NCBI GenBank assembly: GCA_964291215.2
Contig: OZ219790.1
Span: forward strand, 576,001-640,000
Length of the DNA stretch: 64,000 nucleotides
Reading direction: 5' to 3'
Source of the DNA: Alphaproteobacteria bacterium
GTDB taxonomy: Bacteria > Pseudomonadota > Alphaproteobacteria > MPNO01 > UBA830
Both the position numbers and the translations under genes were made by a program. The notes under the pieces are model-generated. The model was not told where the DNA came from. It saw only the letters and a program-made list of their open reading frames with translations, and searched no databases. Below are positions 35,636 through 45,333 of this stretch, in pieces (within the stretch, counting starts at the first letter, position 1; each line of letters begins with the position of its first letter).

Positions 35636-36481
35636 TCACGCCGTCAAAGCCTGTCCCCGGATGGTGTATCTCCGAAGCATTCTGGTCTGCTCGGGCGGAA
35701 AATCCGTTCGGGCATGCATGGTGCACCAGTTGTCCCACATCACGAGGTCGCCCTTCGTCCATTTGTGCTCGTAGATGACGTCGGCGGACCTCACATGGGC
35801 CATCAGCGCATCACGGATCCCGTGGCTTTCCTCCTCGCTGTAGCCGTCGATCAGGGCCGTCATCAACTCATTGACATAGAGTGCCCGCCGGCCGCTTCTC
35901 GGGTGAGTTACTACTGCCGGCTGCCAGCAATGATCATGGCGCCCGATGTTGTCCTCAAGTTCGACGCGCTCCGTAGGATGATACTTGTACATGTGAAGAA
36001 CTCGGTGCCCGTCTATCGAACTTCTCAGATCTGCGGGCAGGGTGTCGAGAGCCTCGCACATGTTGGCGAACAGCGTATGGCCGCCGGTGTCCGTGACCAC
36101 CATCGCGTACAGCATGGTGCCCCAGTCCGGTACGGGCACATAGCACTTGTCGTGGTGGAAATACATTTCACCATCAGGCAAGGAGCCGATGGGAACCCCG
36201 TCCCTGCGCACGTTCGTGACGAGCATCTCATGCTCGACGCCAGCACCCTCGGGCCGGTCATCCGCCTTGCGCGACCGTTCGCCGAGTGGCCCGAAATTCT
36301 CGCAGAACCGCCGCTGCGTCTCCGGCGACAGCTCCTGGCCGCGGAACAGCAGAACCATGTGTTCAAGCCAGGCCTCGATCAGGGCATCGCGCGTTGCCGG
36401 ATCCAGCGGTTGCGCGAGATCGAGGCCGCGTATTTCCGCACCAAGCGATCTGTGCAGCTTGTGGAGCGTGAAGCCGATCAT
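35636..36481 (-). CDS. TauD/TfdA family dioxygenase
   Basis: LGAEIRGLDL, HHD, GGHTLFAN, GDLVMWDNWCTMHAR. Confidence 0.94.
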   Translation of the reverse strand: MIGFTLHKLHRSLGAEIRGLDLAQPLDPATRDALIEAWLEHMVLLFRGQELSPETQRRFCENFGPLGERSRKADDRPEGAGVEHEMLVTNVRRDGVPIGSLPDGEMYFHHDKCYVPVPDWGTMLYAMVVTDTGGHTLFANMCEALDTLPADLRSSIDGHRVLHMYKYHPTERVELEDNIGRHDHCWQPAVVTHPRSGRRALYVNELMTALIDGYSEEESHGIRDALMAHVRSADVIYEHKWTKGDLVMWDNWCTMHARTDFPPEQTRMLRRYTIRGQALTA

Positions 36482-37037
36482 GGGAAGATGCTAACTGCTG
36501 GCCACGGAACGATCAAGCTCGACAGCGGGTTCGCTACTTTCCGACCACGCTTCGGATTCCGGAGATCACGAGGCAGGAAAGCGGAGAAATGACGGAACCG
36601 TCGGACAACACCAGAGTGAAAAACCGCACGTGCCGGCATACTCCGGCCCGTTCCTGTCTCGTTCGCCAACCAGCACCCGCCTGCTGGGATACCGGTTGTT
36701 TCTGCCGGCAGACCGCGACCGAATCCGGATTCGCCGGTGCGTAGACTTTCTGCCGCCTGCAAACCGCCGAACGACCTCGAGGATCGCAGCCGCGGCGCAC
36801 GGAAGCTCTAGCGAACAGGAACCATATGTCCGCTCTCGAAAGCCCGGTTGCTCGTGACGGCATCCGACGTGTATGGTTTCTACCGATCGGCGAACAGCTC
36901 TCTTGCACACACTGAGAGCCGCAGCTCTTTCGCCGACGTTGGAGCTTCGTGATTACACTACGTCTGGTTCCGGTAGCGAACCGGAGGTAAGTGCATGCGC
37001 CGTTGCTCTCCGAAACAGTTGCTTGAGAGGAAATTCG

Positions 37038-37724
37038 ATGCCGGATTCGAGATTCGACGATGTCCAAGCCTGCGTGTTCGACGCGTACGGCACCCTGTTC
37101 GACATCCATTCGCCTGCCGAACAGGCAAGGGACGAACTCGACGACAAGACCCGGGAACTGTCGGTAATCTGGCGCGAGCGTCAACTTCAATACACCTGGT
37201 TGCACAGCCTCATGGGACGACACGCCGATTTCTGGCGGATAACGGGCAATGCGCTCGACTACGCCATGAAGCGTGTCGGCCTCACCGACCCTGCCCTGCG
37301 GAGCCGACTCATGGAACTCTACCTTCAGCTGTCTTCCTTTCCGGAAGTCGCCGACACCCTCACCCGCATCAAGGAGTCGGGCAGGAAGACGGCGATCCTT
37401 TCAAACGGGGATGTCTCGATGCTGATCAGCGCCGCCAAGAGCGCAGGCATATACGGGCTGCTCGATGAAATTCTCTCGGTTCAGAGCGTGGGCATCTTCA
37501 AGCCCCACCCATCGGTCTATCAGCTCGCAACCGATCGGTTGAAGGTGCCAGCCAGCCAGATCGCCTTCCAGTCCTCGAACGCGTGGGATGTGCATGGTGC
37601 CGCCTCGTTCGGCTTTCTCAGTGTCTGGGTCAATCGCGGAGGGCAACCGCCCGAGCACCTGCCAGCGGAACCGCAAGCCGAAATAACGACGCTGGCCGAA
37701 TTGCCGGAATTGCTCGGGCTCTGA
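37038..37724 (+). CDS. Haloacid dehalogenase type II
   Basis: FDAYGTLFD, WRERQLQY, ILSNG, FKP, SSNAWD. Confidence 0.95.
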   Translation: MPDSRFDDVQACVFDAYGTLFDIHSPAEQARDELDDKTRELSVIWRERQLQYTWLHSLMGRHADFWRITGNALDYAMKRVGLTDPALRSRLMELYLQLSSFPEVADTLTRIKESGRKTAILSNGDVSMLISAAKSAGIYGLLDEILSVQSVGIFKPHPSVYQLATDRLKVPASQIAFQSSNAWDVHGAASFGFLSVWVNRGGQPPEHLPAEPQAEITTLAELPELLGL

Positions 37725-37765
37725 GCGCCGTCCCGCACACCATCTCGCGCGGAAGCGGTAAACAG

Positions 37766-38761
37766 ATGCCGACGATCGACGATATCCGGGATGCCGCTAG
37801 ACGCTTGCGGGATGTCGCCTGTGTCACGCCGCTTCTCGAGAGCGCAGCGATCAACGCGCAGACCGGGGGGCGCGTCCTCCTGAAGTGCGAGATGTTCCAG
37901 CCTATGGGCGCGTTCAAGATCAGGGGTGCCTGGAACCGCATTTCGCGCCTTCCCGACCGTGAACGCGCGCGCGGGATCGTTACCCATTCCTCTGGCAATC
38001 ATGCGCAGGCCGCAGCCATGGCCGCACAGAAGCTGGGCATCGACGCGACAATCATCATGCCGTCCGACGCGCCGGACATCAAGATCGAGCGCACCCGCTC
38101 ATTCGGCGCGAATATCGTGACCTGCGGCCGCGAGGGTGGCACCCGCGAACAGGTTGCCGCCGAAATCGTGGACCGCACTGGGGCGGTACTGATCCACCCC
38201 TACGATCATCCTGATGTCGTTGCCGGCCAAGGCACCGTAGGTCTTGAAGTCGTCGCACAATGCCGGGAGCTGGATATCGATGTCGATATCGCGGTCGTGC
38301 CCTGCTCAGGCGGCGGCCTGATCGCCGGAACTGCCCTCGCCCTGCATGCGTCTTGGCCCGACGCAGAGATTCATGCAGCGGAGCCGGACGGATTCGATGA
38401 CACCCGGCGCTCGCTCCTCTCGGGCAGGCGCGAAACGAATGCGACCGGCGCGACATCGATCTGCGATGCGCTGCTGGTGTCGACTCCAGGCGAATTCACG
38501 TTCGAAATAAATCGCAAGCATCTCGCCGGTGCCGCGTCGGTTTCCGACAACGAGGTCAGGGCAGCGATGAAGACCGCGTTCTCGGATGCGCGCCTCGTGA
38601 CCGAACCGGGCGGGGCCACCGGTCTCGCGACCGTCCTCGCCGGCAAGATCGACGTCGCCGGCAAAACGGCCTGCGTGATTCTCTCCGGCGGCAACGTCGA
38701 TCCAGACCTGTTTGCCGACATCATTTCGGATCCGGGGTCCGTAAACCGGGGGCTCGCCTGA
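37766..38761 (+). CDS. PLP-dependent threonine/serine dehydratase family
   Basis: LKCE..Q..GAFKIRGA, SSGNHAQ, GGGL, SGGN. Confidence 0.94.
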   Translation: MPTIDDIRDAARRLRDVACVTPLLESAAINAQTGGRVLLKCEMFQPMGAFKIRGAWNRISRLPDRERARGIVTHSSGNHAQAAAMAAQKLGIDATIIMPSDAPDIKIERTRSFGANIVTCGREGGTREQVAAEIVDRTGAVLIHPYDHPDVVAGQGTVGLEVVAQCRELDIDVDIAVVPCSGGGLIAGTALALHASWPDAEIHAAEPDGFDDTRRSLLSGRRETNATGATSICDALLVSTPGEFTFEINRKHLAGAASVSDNEVRAAMKTAFSDARLVTEPGGATGLATVLAGKIDVAGKTACVILSGGNVDPDLFADIISDPGSVNRGLA

Positions 38762-38925
38762 CCGGCGGCCGCGCTGGAACACGCGAGCACTGGCGCGGAT
38801 CAGCAGGCCGGCGCAAGCGGTTTTGTCGAAAAAAGTGCTGATGCTATAGTGGGACCGGAAAGATGAAACTTGCTGCCGTCAGTCATGCGGCAGCAATCCG
38901 GGGTGGCAGCCGAGGAGGATCGACA

Positions 38926-39294
38926 GTGGCGGAGCTTTATGTCGGGCGAACAGACGAATTCGGTGACCGCGACCGAAAAATCATCGCGCAAGGTGATCTT
39001 GAGATCGGCGTCTTTCATGTCGACGGTGAATTCTATGCCTACGAGAACAATTGCGCCCATCAGGGCGGGCCGGCGTGCCAAGGCAAGATCATCAACCGCG
39101 TCGAGGAGATCATTCACGAAACCGAGAAGACGGCCCACGGGCTCAAGTTCTCGGAGACGGATGTCCATATCGTCTGCCCGTGGCACGGCTTCGAATACAA
39201 CGTAAAGACCGGCCGCCATCCCGGCAGCAAGAACGTACGGCTCCGGCCGTTCAAGGTATCGGTCAAGGACGGAGAGGTGTATGTCGCCATCTGA
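38926..39294 (+). CDS. Rieske [2Fe-2S] ferredoxin
   Basis: CAHQGGP and CPWHG; GTG start after GGAGG. Confidence 0.92.
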   Translation: MAELYVGRTDEFGDRDRKIIAQGDLEIGVFHVDGEFYAYENNCAHQGGPACQGKIINRVEEIIHETEKTAHGLKFSETDVHIVCPWHGFEYNVKTGRHPGSKNVRLRPFKVSVKDGEVYVAI

Positions 39295-39601
39295 AGCCGA
39301 CCTTGCAGCACTTGACGCAGCGGCGTCGAAGGCATTGGAGATAGCGGAACAGGCCCTCGATAGCGGCGACACGGCTGCAATTTCCGACGAGGCCGTGCAG
39401 CGGCTGTTGACTGCGGGGACTCGCCTTTTCGCCAACAAGGTCGAGATGGAGGAACGGTTCTTCTCTCCCTACACCGGACCGCAGGATGTCACGGCGACGG
39501 ACGTGGTCATGACATGTTCTGACATGCTGCGCGCCGTCAACCTCTCGACTTTCGATCTGGCTATGTGGTTCGGAAGGCCGCGGCCCGACGACGACGCGTA
39601 A
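39281..39601 (+). CDS. Hypothetical protein (106 aa) coupled to the Rieske gene
   Basis: GGAGAGG upstream of ATG, overlaps Rieske stop; VTATD...LSTFDLAMW. Confidence 0.75.
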   Translation: MSPSEADLAALDAAASKALEIAEQALDSGDTAAISDEAVQRLLTAGTRLFANKVEMEERFFSPYTGPQDVTATDVVMTCSDMLRAVNLSTFDLAMWFGRPRPDDDA

Positions 39602-39687
39602 ATCTCCGACTGCAACAAGGTCGGTGACGGTATCGGAAAGGCCGATCACAACCGGCGAGAAGCGAACGCGAATACGGGAGACGAGAC

Positions 39688-40914
39688 ATGGATACAGGCG
39701 TCGAACCAGTCCCGGTCAGGGAAAACCCGGTCAAGGAAATCACCACCTACACGGATTCGAGGGACGTTCTTGCCAAGGCGCGGCGGCAGGCCGAAGAGCG
39801 GAATTTCGACGATGTCTTCATCGTCGATATCGATTCGCACCATACCGAGACCGAATCATGGCGGGACATCATCGGCTATATCGACGATCCCGTCGTGCGC
39901 GAAAACGCGAGAGAGATGGTTTTCCATCGCTCAGGCACCCCGCCCTATGCACTCAACGGCGACCTCGCGATGCGCTACCAGGATGTCGGTGGCCGCATAC
40001 CGCATCAGGCCGCGCGCAGCGAACCGGTCAGCGAACAGGAACTGAAGCAGGCGGGACATCGTGATCTGGTGCTTGCGAAGCGTGCCTACGAGGCCATGGG
40101 GATCGACTACCAGATCGTCTTCCCCACGCCCATGCTCTTTCTCGGCATGCACCCGCAGTTCGACATGGAAGCCATTCTCGGCAAGGCCTACAACCGCTGG
40201 CAGGTCAACAACATCCTCACCAAGGACAAGCGCCTCAAGACGATGATGTTCCTGCCGTTCAATGATCCCGAATCGGCGCTCGAGACCATCGAGGAGTTCG
40301 GCGACGCGCCGGGCTGCGTTGGCTTCATGGTCACGTCGGTGCGCTACAAGGCCGTCCATCACAATCACTACATGAAGGTCTACCGCGCTCTTGAGGAGCG
40401 CGGCCTGCCACTCGGCTTCCATGCCGGCTATTACTGGCAGGATCCTTTCATGATGCAGATCAACCGGTTCGGCTCGATGCACGCACTGTCCTTCGTGTGG
40501 TGCAACGTGGTCCACATGACGAACTGGATCATGAACGGCCTTCCGGAGCGTTTTCCCGGCCTCGACGTTGTCTGGATCGAATCCGGTCTCGCCTGGGTAC
40601 CGTGGCTGATGCAGCGCCTTGACCACACCTATCTGATGCGGTCGTCGGAAGCGCCAGTGCTCCAGAAGCTGCCGAGCGAGTACATGAAGGAGATGTACTA
40701 TACGTGCCAGCCCATGGAGACCGATCACATGAAGGCTCTCGAGGTTACTTTCGAGATGATCAACGCCAAGACTCAGCTCCTCTACGCCTCGGACTGGCCA
40801 CATTACGACTTCGACACGCCAAGCGTGATCTGGGACCTCCCGTTTCTCGACGAGGAGGCGAAGCGCAATATCCTGGGGCTGAACGCAAAGCGAATCTTCA
40901 ACTTCGAGCGCTAG
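39688..40914 (+). CDS. Amidohydrolase_2 family TIM-barrel protein (possible dinuclear oxygenase)
   Basis: IVDIDSHH, GFH, IESGLAW, ASDWPHYDFD, ILGLNA. Confidence 0.9.
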   Translation: MDTGVEPVPVRENPVKEITTYTDSRDVLAKARRQAEERNFDDVFIVDIDSHHTETESWRDIIGYIDDPVVRENAREMVFHRSGTPPYALNGDLAMRYQDVGGRIPHQAARSEPVSEQELKQAGHRDLVLAKRAYEAMGIDYQIVFPTPMLFLGMHPQFDMEAILGKAYNRWQVNNILTKDKRLKTMMFLPFNDPESALETIEEFGDAPGCVGFMVTSVRYKAVHHNHYMKVYRALEERGLPLGFHAGYYWQDPFMMQINRFGSMHALSFVWCNVVHMTNWIMNGLPERFPGLDVVWIESGLAWVPWLMQRLDHTYLMRSSEAPVLQKLPSEYMKEMYYTCQPMETDHMKALEVTFEMINAKTQLLYASDWPHYDFDTPSVIWDLPFLDEEAKRNILGLNAKRIFNFER

Positions 40915-41618
40915 ACCTACCCATGCAAGTAACGCTGAACATTTGATTTCAGCGGCGCTACGGTACCGGCCATGGACGTTCAACACGAGATCCGGCGCCA
41001 GCTTGCCCGGCCTGAATCAGTGCATCATTTCACCGAAGTGGTGGATGCAGGCAACATTCCGCATCGCATGGCGCTTGCCGAATGTCTGTGCGCCGATCCC
41101 GGTTTCCGGGATGGCCGGGGTCAGGTTTCCACCTTTCGTGTCGCCGCCGTTCGACGGCGCCAGCCTTCGGGCGAGCAACTGGAAGTGGCTGGCCGACACC
41201 GCGGGTCGTGGCCGGCAGGACTGCGGCCACGATGTGGCGGCCGGGGGCAAGACAGTCTATATCCATCAACTGGCGGGGGACTGGCCCGCCCGGGTGTCTC
41301 ACCGCCGCTGGCGAACACCATCACGCTCGACCCGGCAGACGGGCTCGCCGGGCCGAGGCGGAGTTTGGCGGCGCCGCGCTCGGCGATGCCCGCCCGAGCG
41401 CCCGTCCGGTGGCGATTGCGCAGGGAGCACGACCGACGGTGTCCTTTCCGCAGGCCGCGAGCGGCAACCGGGCCGGGATCAAGGGCTACTACCGGTTCAT
41501 CGACCAGAACGGCGCTGACGCCGGCGGCCATCCTGGCGCCGCACCGTGCCCGCACGCTGGAGCACACGCGGTCCGAGCCGGTGGTGCTGTGCCTCCAGGG
41601 CGGAACCGACCTGAACTT

Positions 41619-41978
41619 CAGATGTCCTGATCTCATGAGTTGACTTGATCCGTCCGGCTCCCCTTTTTCCAACACAATCAACGATTTCCCCGATTTTTGC
41701 TTGACAACGTAGCCGCGTGATGGTACGATATACCATGATGCTTGGAATTGGATGGCCCCGGCGATGAACACGCTCGCGATGCACCCTCCTGAAGCCGTCC
41801 AGATCGGAACCTCAAAGAGACCTGCAGGCGGCGTGAGCCACGCGACCGTGCAGCGGGCGGTGAAGAAGCTCCGGAACCGGCCTCAGCATGATCTATGAAC
41901 CGCCAGACAACGCACGCAAACTCGGCCCGGAAGCATCACCCTGATTGGAAGAAATCAAAGCCGAGGTCAGGACGTCTG
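41619..41978. mobile_element. 360-bp non-autonomous element (MITE) nested in the IS4 transposase
   Basis: IRs CAGATGTCCTGATCTC / GAGGTCAGGACGTCTG (14/16 match); 5-bp target duplication AACTT; removal restores GAC CTG AAC TTT GCA (DLNFA). Confidence 0.85.
41701..41729 (+). promoter_or_regulatory. Near-consensus sigma70 promoter inside the MITE
   Basis: TTGACA-17 bp-TACGAT with an extended -10 TG. Confidence 0.65.
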
Positions 41979-42428
41979 AACTTTGCATCATGTCCGCGAT
42001 GCGAGGGGCTCGGGGTCATCGGCGTCAACCAGACCGGCGGCGCCGCGCGGGACCTGCACCTGCATTCGACACTGGCGGTGACCTCGAGCGGCCTGCCGCT
42101 GGGGGTTGTCGGGGCCCGCTTCGACGCGCCGCCTGAAAAGGACCGGCAGAAGCTCCCCCGACGACTGCAAGGCCGGGCGCTGGGGGCTACCGCACGTGCT
42201 GGGCCGCGCTCTCCCGGACAGCCGGGCGGTCTGCGTGATGGACCTCGAAGCAGACGCGTTCGAGATCTTCGAGACGCAACAGGCGCACCCGGACGCCGAC
42301 ATCCTGGAAGAGTGCAGGACAGTGGTCGGGTACTACGCCAGGCGCTGGCGAATCAAGGACTGGCACCGGATCCTGAAGTCGGGCTGCAAGGTCGAGGAGC
42401 TCGAAAGCCGCTCGGCCGAGCGCCTCGC

Positions 42429-42466
42429 CCGGGCCGTCGCCATCAATCCGGGCCGTCGCCATCAAT
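42429..42466 (+). repeat. 19-bp tandem duplication frameshifting the IS4 transposase
   Basis: CCGGGCCGTCGCCATCAAT x2. Confidence 0.9.
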
Positions 42467-42968
42467 CTGGTCATCGCATGGCGCATCCACCTGATGACGC
42501 TGCTTGGCCGCGACCACCCTGGCCTGTCAACCGACATCCTGTTCTCCGAACTCGAAATCAAGGCGCTGAAGGCTTCGCAGCACGACAGCGTTACGCCCCT
42601 CCCGATACACTGGCTGCCACCGCGCTGACAATGGCCCGCATCAGCGCGCATATCCATCGCAGCAGGAGACCGCCCCCGGGAACAAGGTTGATCTGGCGCG
42701 GCTACGCCACCCTCGTCGAATGGTGCATCGGACACGAACTGATGATGGAACAGGAAACTTGAAAAAACTGACACTCGCATTACACTCAAACCACTTGTGG
42801 GGCATGGGTAGGCCCGAACTGCATTGACCGGCAAGGGCTGTCGCCCGGCTGCGGTTCTCGTCCGGACGAGAGCGTCGGATGACCGCAGAGGGGAGCGCGG
42901 ACACTGTGCGCAAGAACTGTATCGTCGGCCCGCCTGCCCACCGGGGCATCAACGGAGGCATGTAGCAG

Positions 42969-44381
42969 ATGAATGAGTTCCGGCCGCTTTTCGCCCGCCA
43001 TCCGGCACGGGCCATCACCATCGTTCTTGCCGCGCTCGTCATGATTGCTTTCGCCCCGGCAGCACAGGCGGCCGTCGATCCCGAAGCCGGATTCGTACTC
43101 AACAGCTTCTCCTTCCTCATCTGGGGTGCGCTGGTCATGTGGATGTGCGCCGGCTTCACGATGCTTGAATCGGGTACCGTGCGCACCAAGAACGCTTCCG
43201 TGATCTGCCTGAAGAACATCGGCCTCTACTCCATCGCCGGCCTCACCTACTACCTGCTCGGCTACAACCTCATGTACACCGACGTGAGCGGCTGGATCGG
43301 CAGCTTCCAGTTCCTCTACGGCACGACCGCGGACGAGGTCGCGCTCGTGGGCGGCAATACCGAAGTCGCCGCCAGCGTGATCAAGAACAGATACTCGACG
43401 ATGTCGGACTGGTTCTTCCAGATGGTGTTCGTCGCCACGACGGCTTCGATCGTGTCCGGAGCCTTGGCCGAACGCGTCAAGCTGTGGTCGTTCTTTCTCT
43501 TCACGGCAATACTGACTGCCATCATCTACCCCATCATCGGCTCCTGGACATGGGGCGGCGGATGGCTCAGCGAGATGGGGTTCAAGGACTTCGCAGGCTC
43601 AACCATCGTCCATTCCACCGGCGGCTGGGCCGCGCTCGCCGGCATCATCATCGTCGGCGCAAGAACCGGAAAATTCCGTGCCGACGGCAGCGTCAAGCCC
43701 ACGCCGCCGTCCAACGTGCCAGCCGTGACGCTTGGGGTATTCATCCTTTGGCTGGGCTGGTTCGGCTTCAACGGCGGCTCGCAGCTCGCATTGAGCGATG
43801 CCGTAGACGCTATCGCGATAAGCAACATCCTCGCCAACACCAACCTCGCCGCTGGCGCCGGCGTAATGGCCGCGATCACGATCTCACGTCCAGTGACCGG
43901 CCGGGTCGACCTGCTCGCCACGCTTAACGGCGCCATCGGCGGGCTCGTGGCCATCACGGCGGGGCCTGATATCACCGAACATTACTGGGCCATCATCATC
44001 GGCGGCATCGGCGGTATCATCGTCGTGCTCGGTATCAGAGTTCTCGAGATTCTGAAGCTCGACGACGTCGTCGGCGCCGTGCCGGCGCATCTGTTCGCCG
44101 GCATCTGGGGAACGCTCGCCGTGTGCATCGCCGGCGGCGGCGACTTCGTTACGCAGCTCATCGGAGTGGTGGCCATAGGCGCGTTCGTCTTCGTTTCTTC
44201 GCTTGCCGTCTGGTGGGTCATTAACAAGACGCTGTCAGCGCGCGTGACGCTATCGGTCGAGGAACTGGGCCAAGACACTGCCGAACTCGGGATCGAGGCC
44301 TATCCCGAGTTCGTGGTCATGCCCGACGCCGATGAAATCAGGGATTTTCAGGAAAGCGCCCGGTCCGGCGAAAGCAGCTGA
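42969..44381 (+). CDS. amtB: Ammonium transporter
   Basis: FFQMVF, GALAER, DFAGSTIVH, WFGFNGGS, DDVVGAVPAH (twin His). Confidence 0.96.
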   Translation: MNEFRPLFARHPARAITIVLAALVMIAFAPAAQAAVDPEAGFVLNSFSFLIWGALVMWMCAGFTMLESGTVRTKNASVICLKNIGLYSIAGLTYYLLGYNLMYTDVSGWIGSFQFLYGTTADEVALVGGNTEVAASVIKNRYSTMSDWFFQMVFVATTASIVSGALAERVKLWSFFLFTAILTAIIYPIIGSWTWGGGWLSEMGFKDFAGSTIVHSTGGWAALAGIIIVGARTGKFRADGSVKPTPPSNVPAVTLGVFILWLGWFGFNGGSQLALSDAVDAIAISNILANTNLAAGAGVMAAITISRPVTGRVDLLATLNGAIGGLVAITAGPDITEHYWAIIIGGIGGIIVVLGIRVLEILKLDDVVGAVPAHLFAGIWGTLAVCIAGGGDFVTQLIGVVAIGAFVFVSSLAVWWVINKTLSARVTLSVEELGQDTAELGIEAYPEFVVMPDADEIRDFQESARSGESS

Positions 44382-44460
44382 ACCGCAGCAAGCGCCAGGT
44401 CCTGCCTTTGCATCCCGGACATCTCGAACCGTATCCGGTACCGGTTCCATCGAGGCTGCA

Positions 44461-45333
44461 TCACGGGGCAGCCTCGAGGCTGGCGCGCACCTCAACATCC
44501 ATCTTTCCGATAATATCAAACTCGCACCGCAGGCTGTCCCCCGGAAACAGGTGGCCAACGCCACTCGGTGTGCCAGTCATGATGACGTCGCCCGGATATA
44601 GCGTGTAGAACGTCGACGCGTAGGCGATCAGATTCCGGCAACCGATGATCATCAACCGGGTGCTCGACTCCTGACGCACGTGCCCGTTCACGAGTAGGCG
44701 AAATTCGAGATTGTCCGGGTCGGGAATCTCGTCGGCCGTCGTCATCCACGGCCCCAGCAGGGCATGGGAATCACCGGACTTGCGGAGGCTGCGATCCTCG
44801 ACGCCGCGCACCGTAATGTCGAGGCCGATAGCATACCCGGCGACATGATCGAGAGCGGCATCGGGCGCTATGTTCTTGCCGCCACGTCCGATGACGAGCG
44901 CAAGTTCGATCTCGTGGTCATTGGGGCGGCCGGCATCGCCGAGAACGATGCCATCGCCGGCCCCGGCCAGGGCCGACACCGCCTTCAGAAACAGGCCGCT
45001 GCCCCTGATCGTCCCGGTCTCGCGGCCGAAGCTGATCCCGGGATCATCCCGTGCTTCCGCTACGTGATCCATATAGTTGGCGGGCGCGCCAATGATCTTT
45101 GTCGGGTTGGCCACCGGGCTTCGCAACGTGACGTTGGCGACCCCCTGCACGTATCCCATCTTCTGGAGGCCGGAGACTTCCCTGCGCACCATGTCGAGAC
45201 CGGCGATCATCTGATCGCCCGGAGGACACGGCCAACGGCGCTCGGGCAGGACGTCAAGCGCCGGGGTAACGTCGATCAGCTGGTCGCCCTTGACCAGGCC
45301 CAGCTTGTCGCTGTTGTAGCGGCACAACCTCAC
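44461..45333 (-). CDS. Fumarylacetoacetate hydrolase family protein
   Basis: NYMDH, DHEIELA, GLDIT, PGDVIMTGTP; GTG start overlapping upstream stop. Confidence 0.93.
   Translation of the reverse strand: MRLCRYNSDKLGLVKGDQLIDVTPALDVLPERRWPCPPGDQMIAGLDMVRREVSGLQKMGYVQGVANVTLRSPVANPTKIIGAPANYMDHVAEARDDPGISFGRETGTIRGSGLFLKAVSALAGAGDGIVLGDAGRPNDHEIELALVIGRGGKNIAPDAALDHVAGYAIGLDITVRGVEDRSLRKSGDSHALLGPWMTTADEIPDPDNLEFRLLVNGHVRQESSTRLMIIGCRNLIAYASTFYTLYPGDVIMTGTPSGVGHLFPGDSLRCEFDIIGKMDVEVRASLEAAP

Larger units (their letters stand above)
40917..42811 (+). mobile_element. Decayed IS4-family (IS50/Tn5-like) element with DUF4338-like N-terminal remnants
   Basis: Terminal IR CTACCCATGC / GCATGGGTAG. 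Fragments LCLQGGTDLNF, LHLHSTLAV..GLPLG, YARRWRIKDWHRILKSGC, PPPG..IWRG in several frames. Confidence 0.85.
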
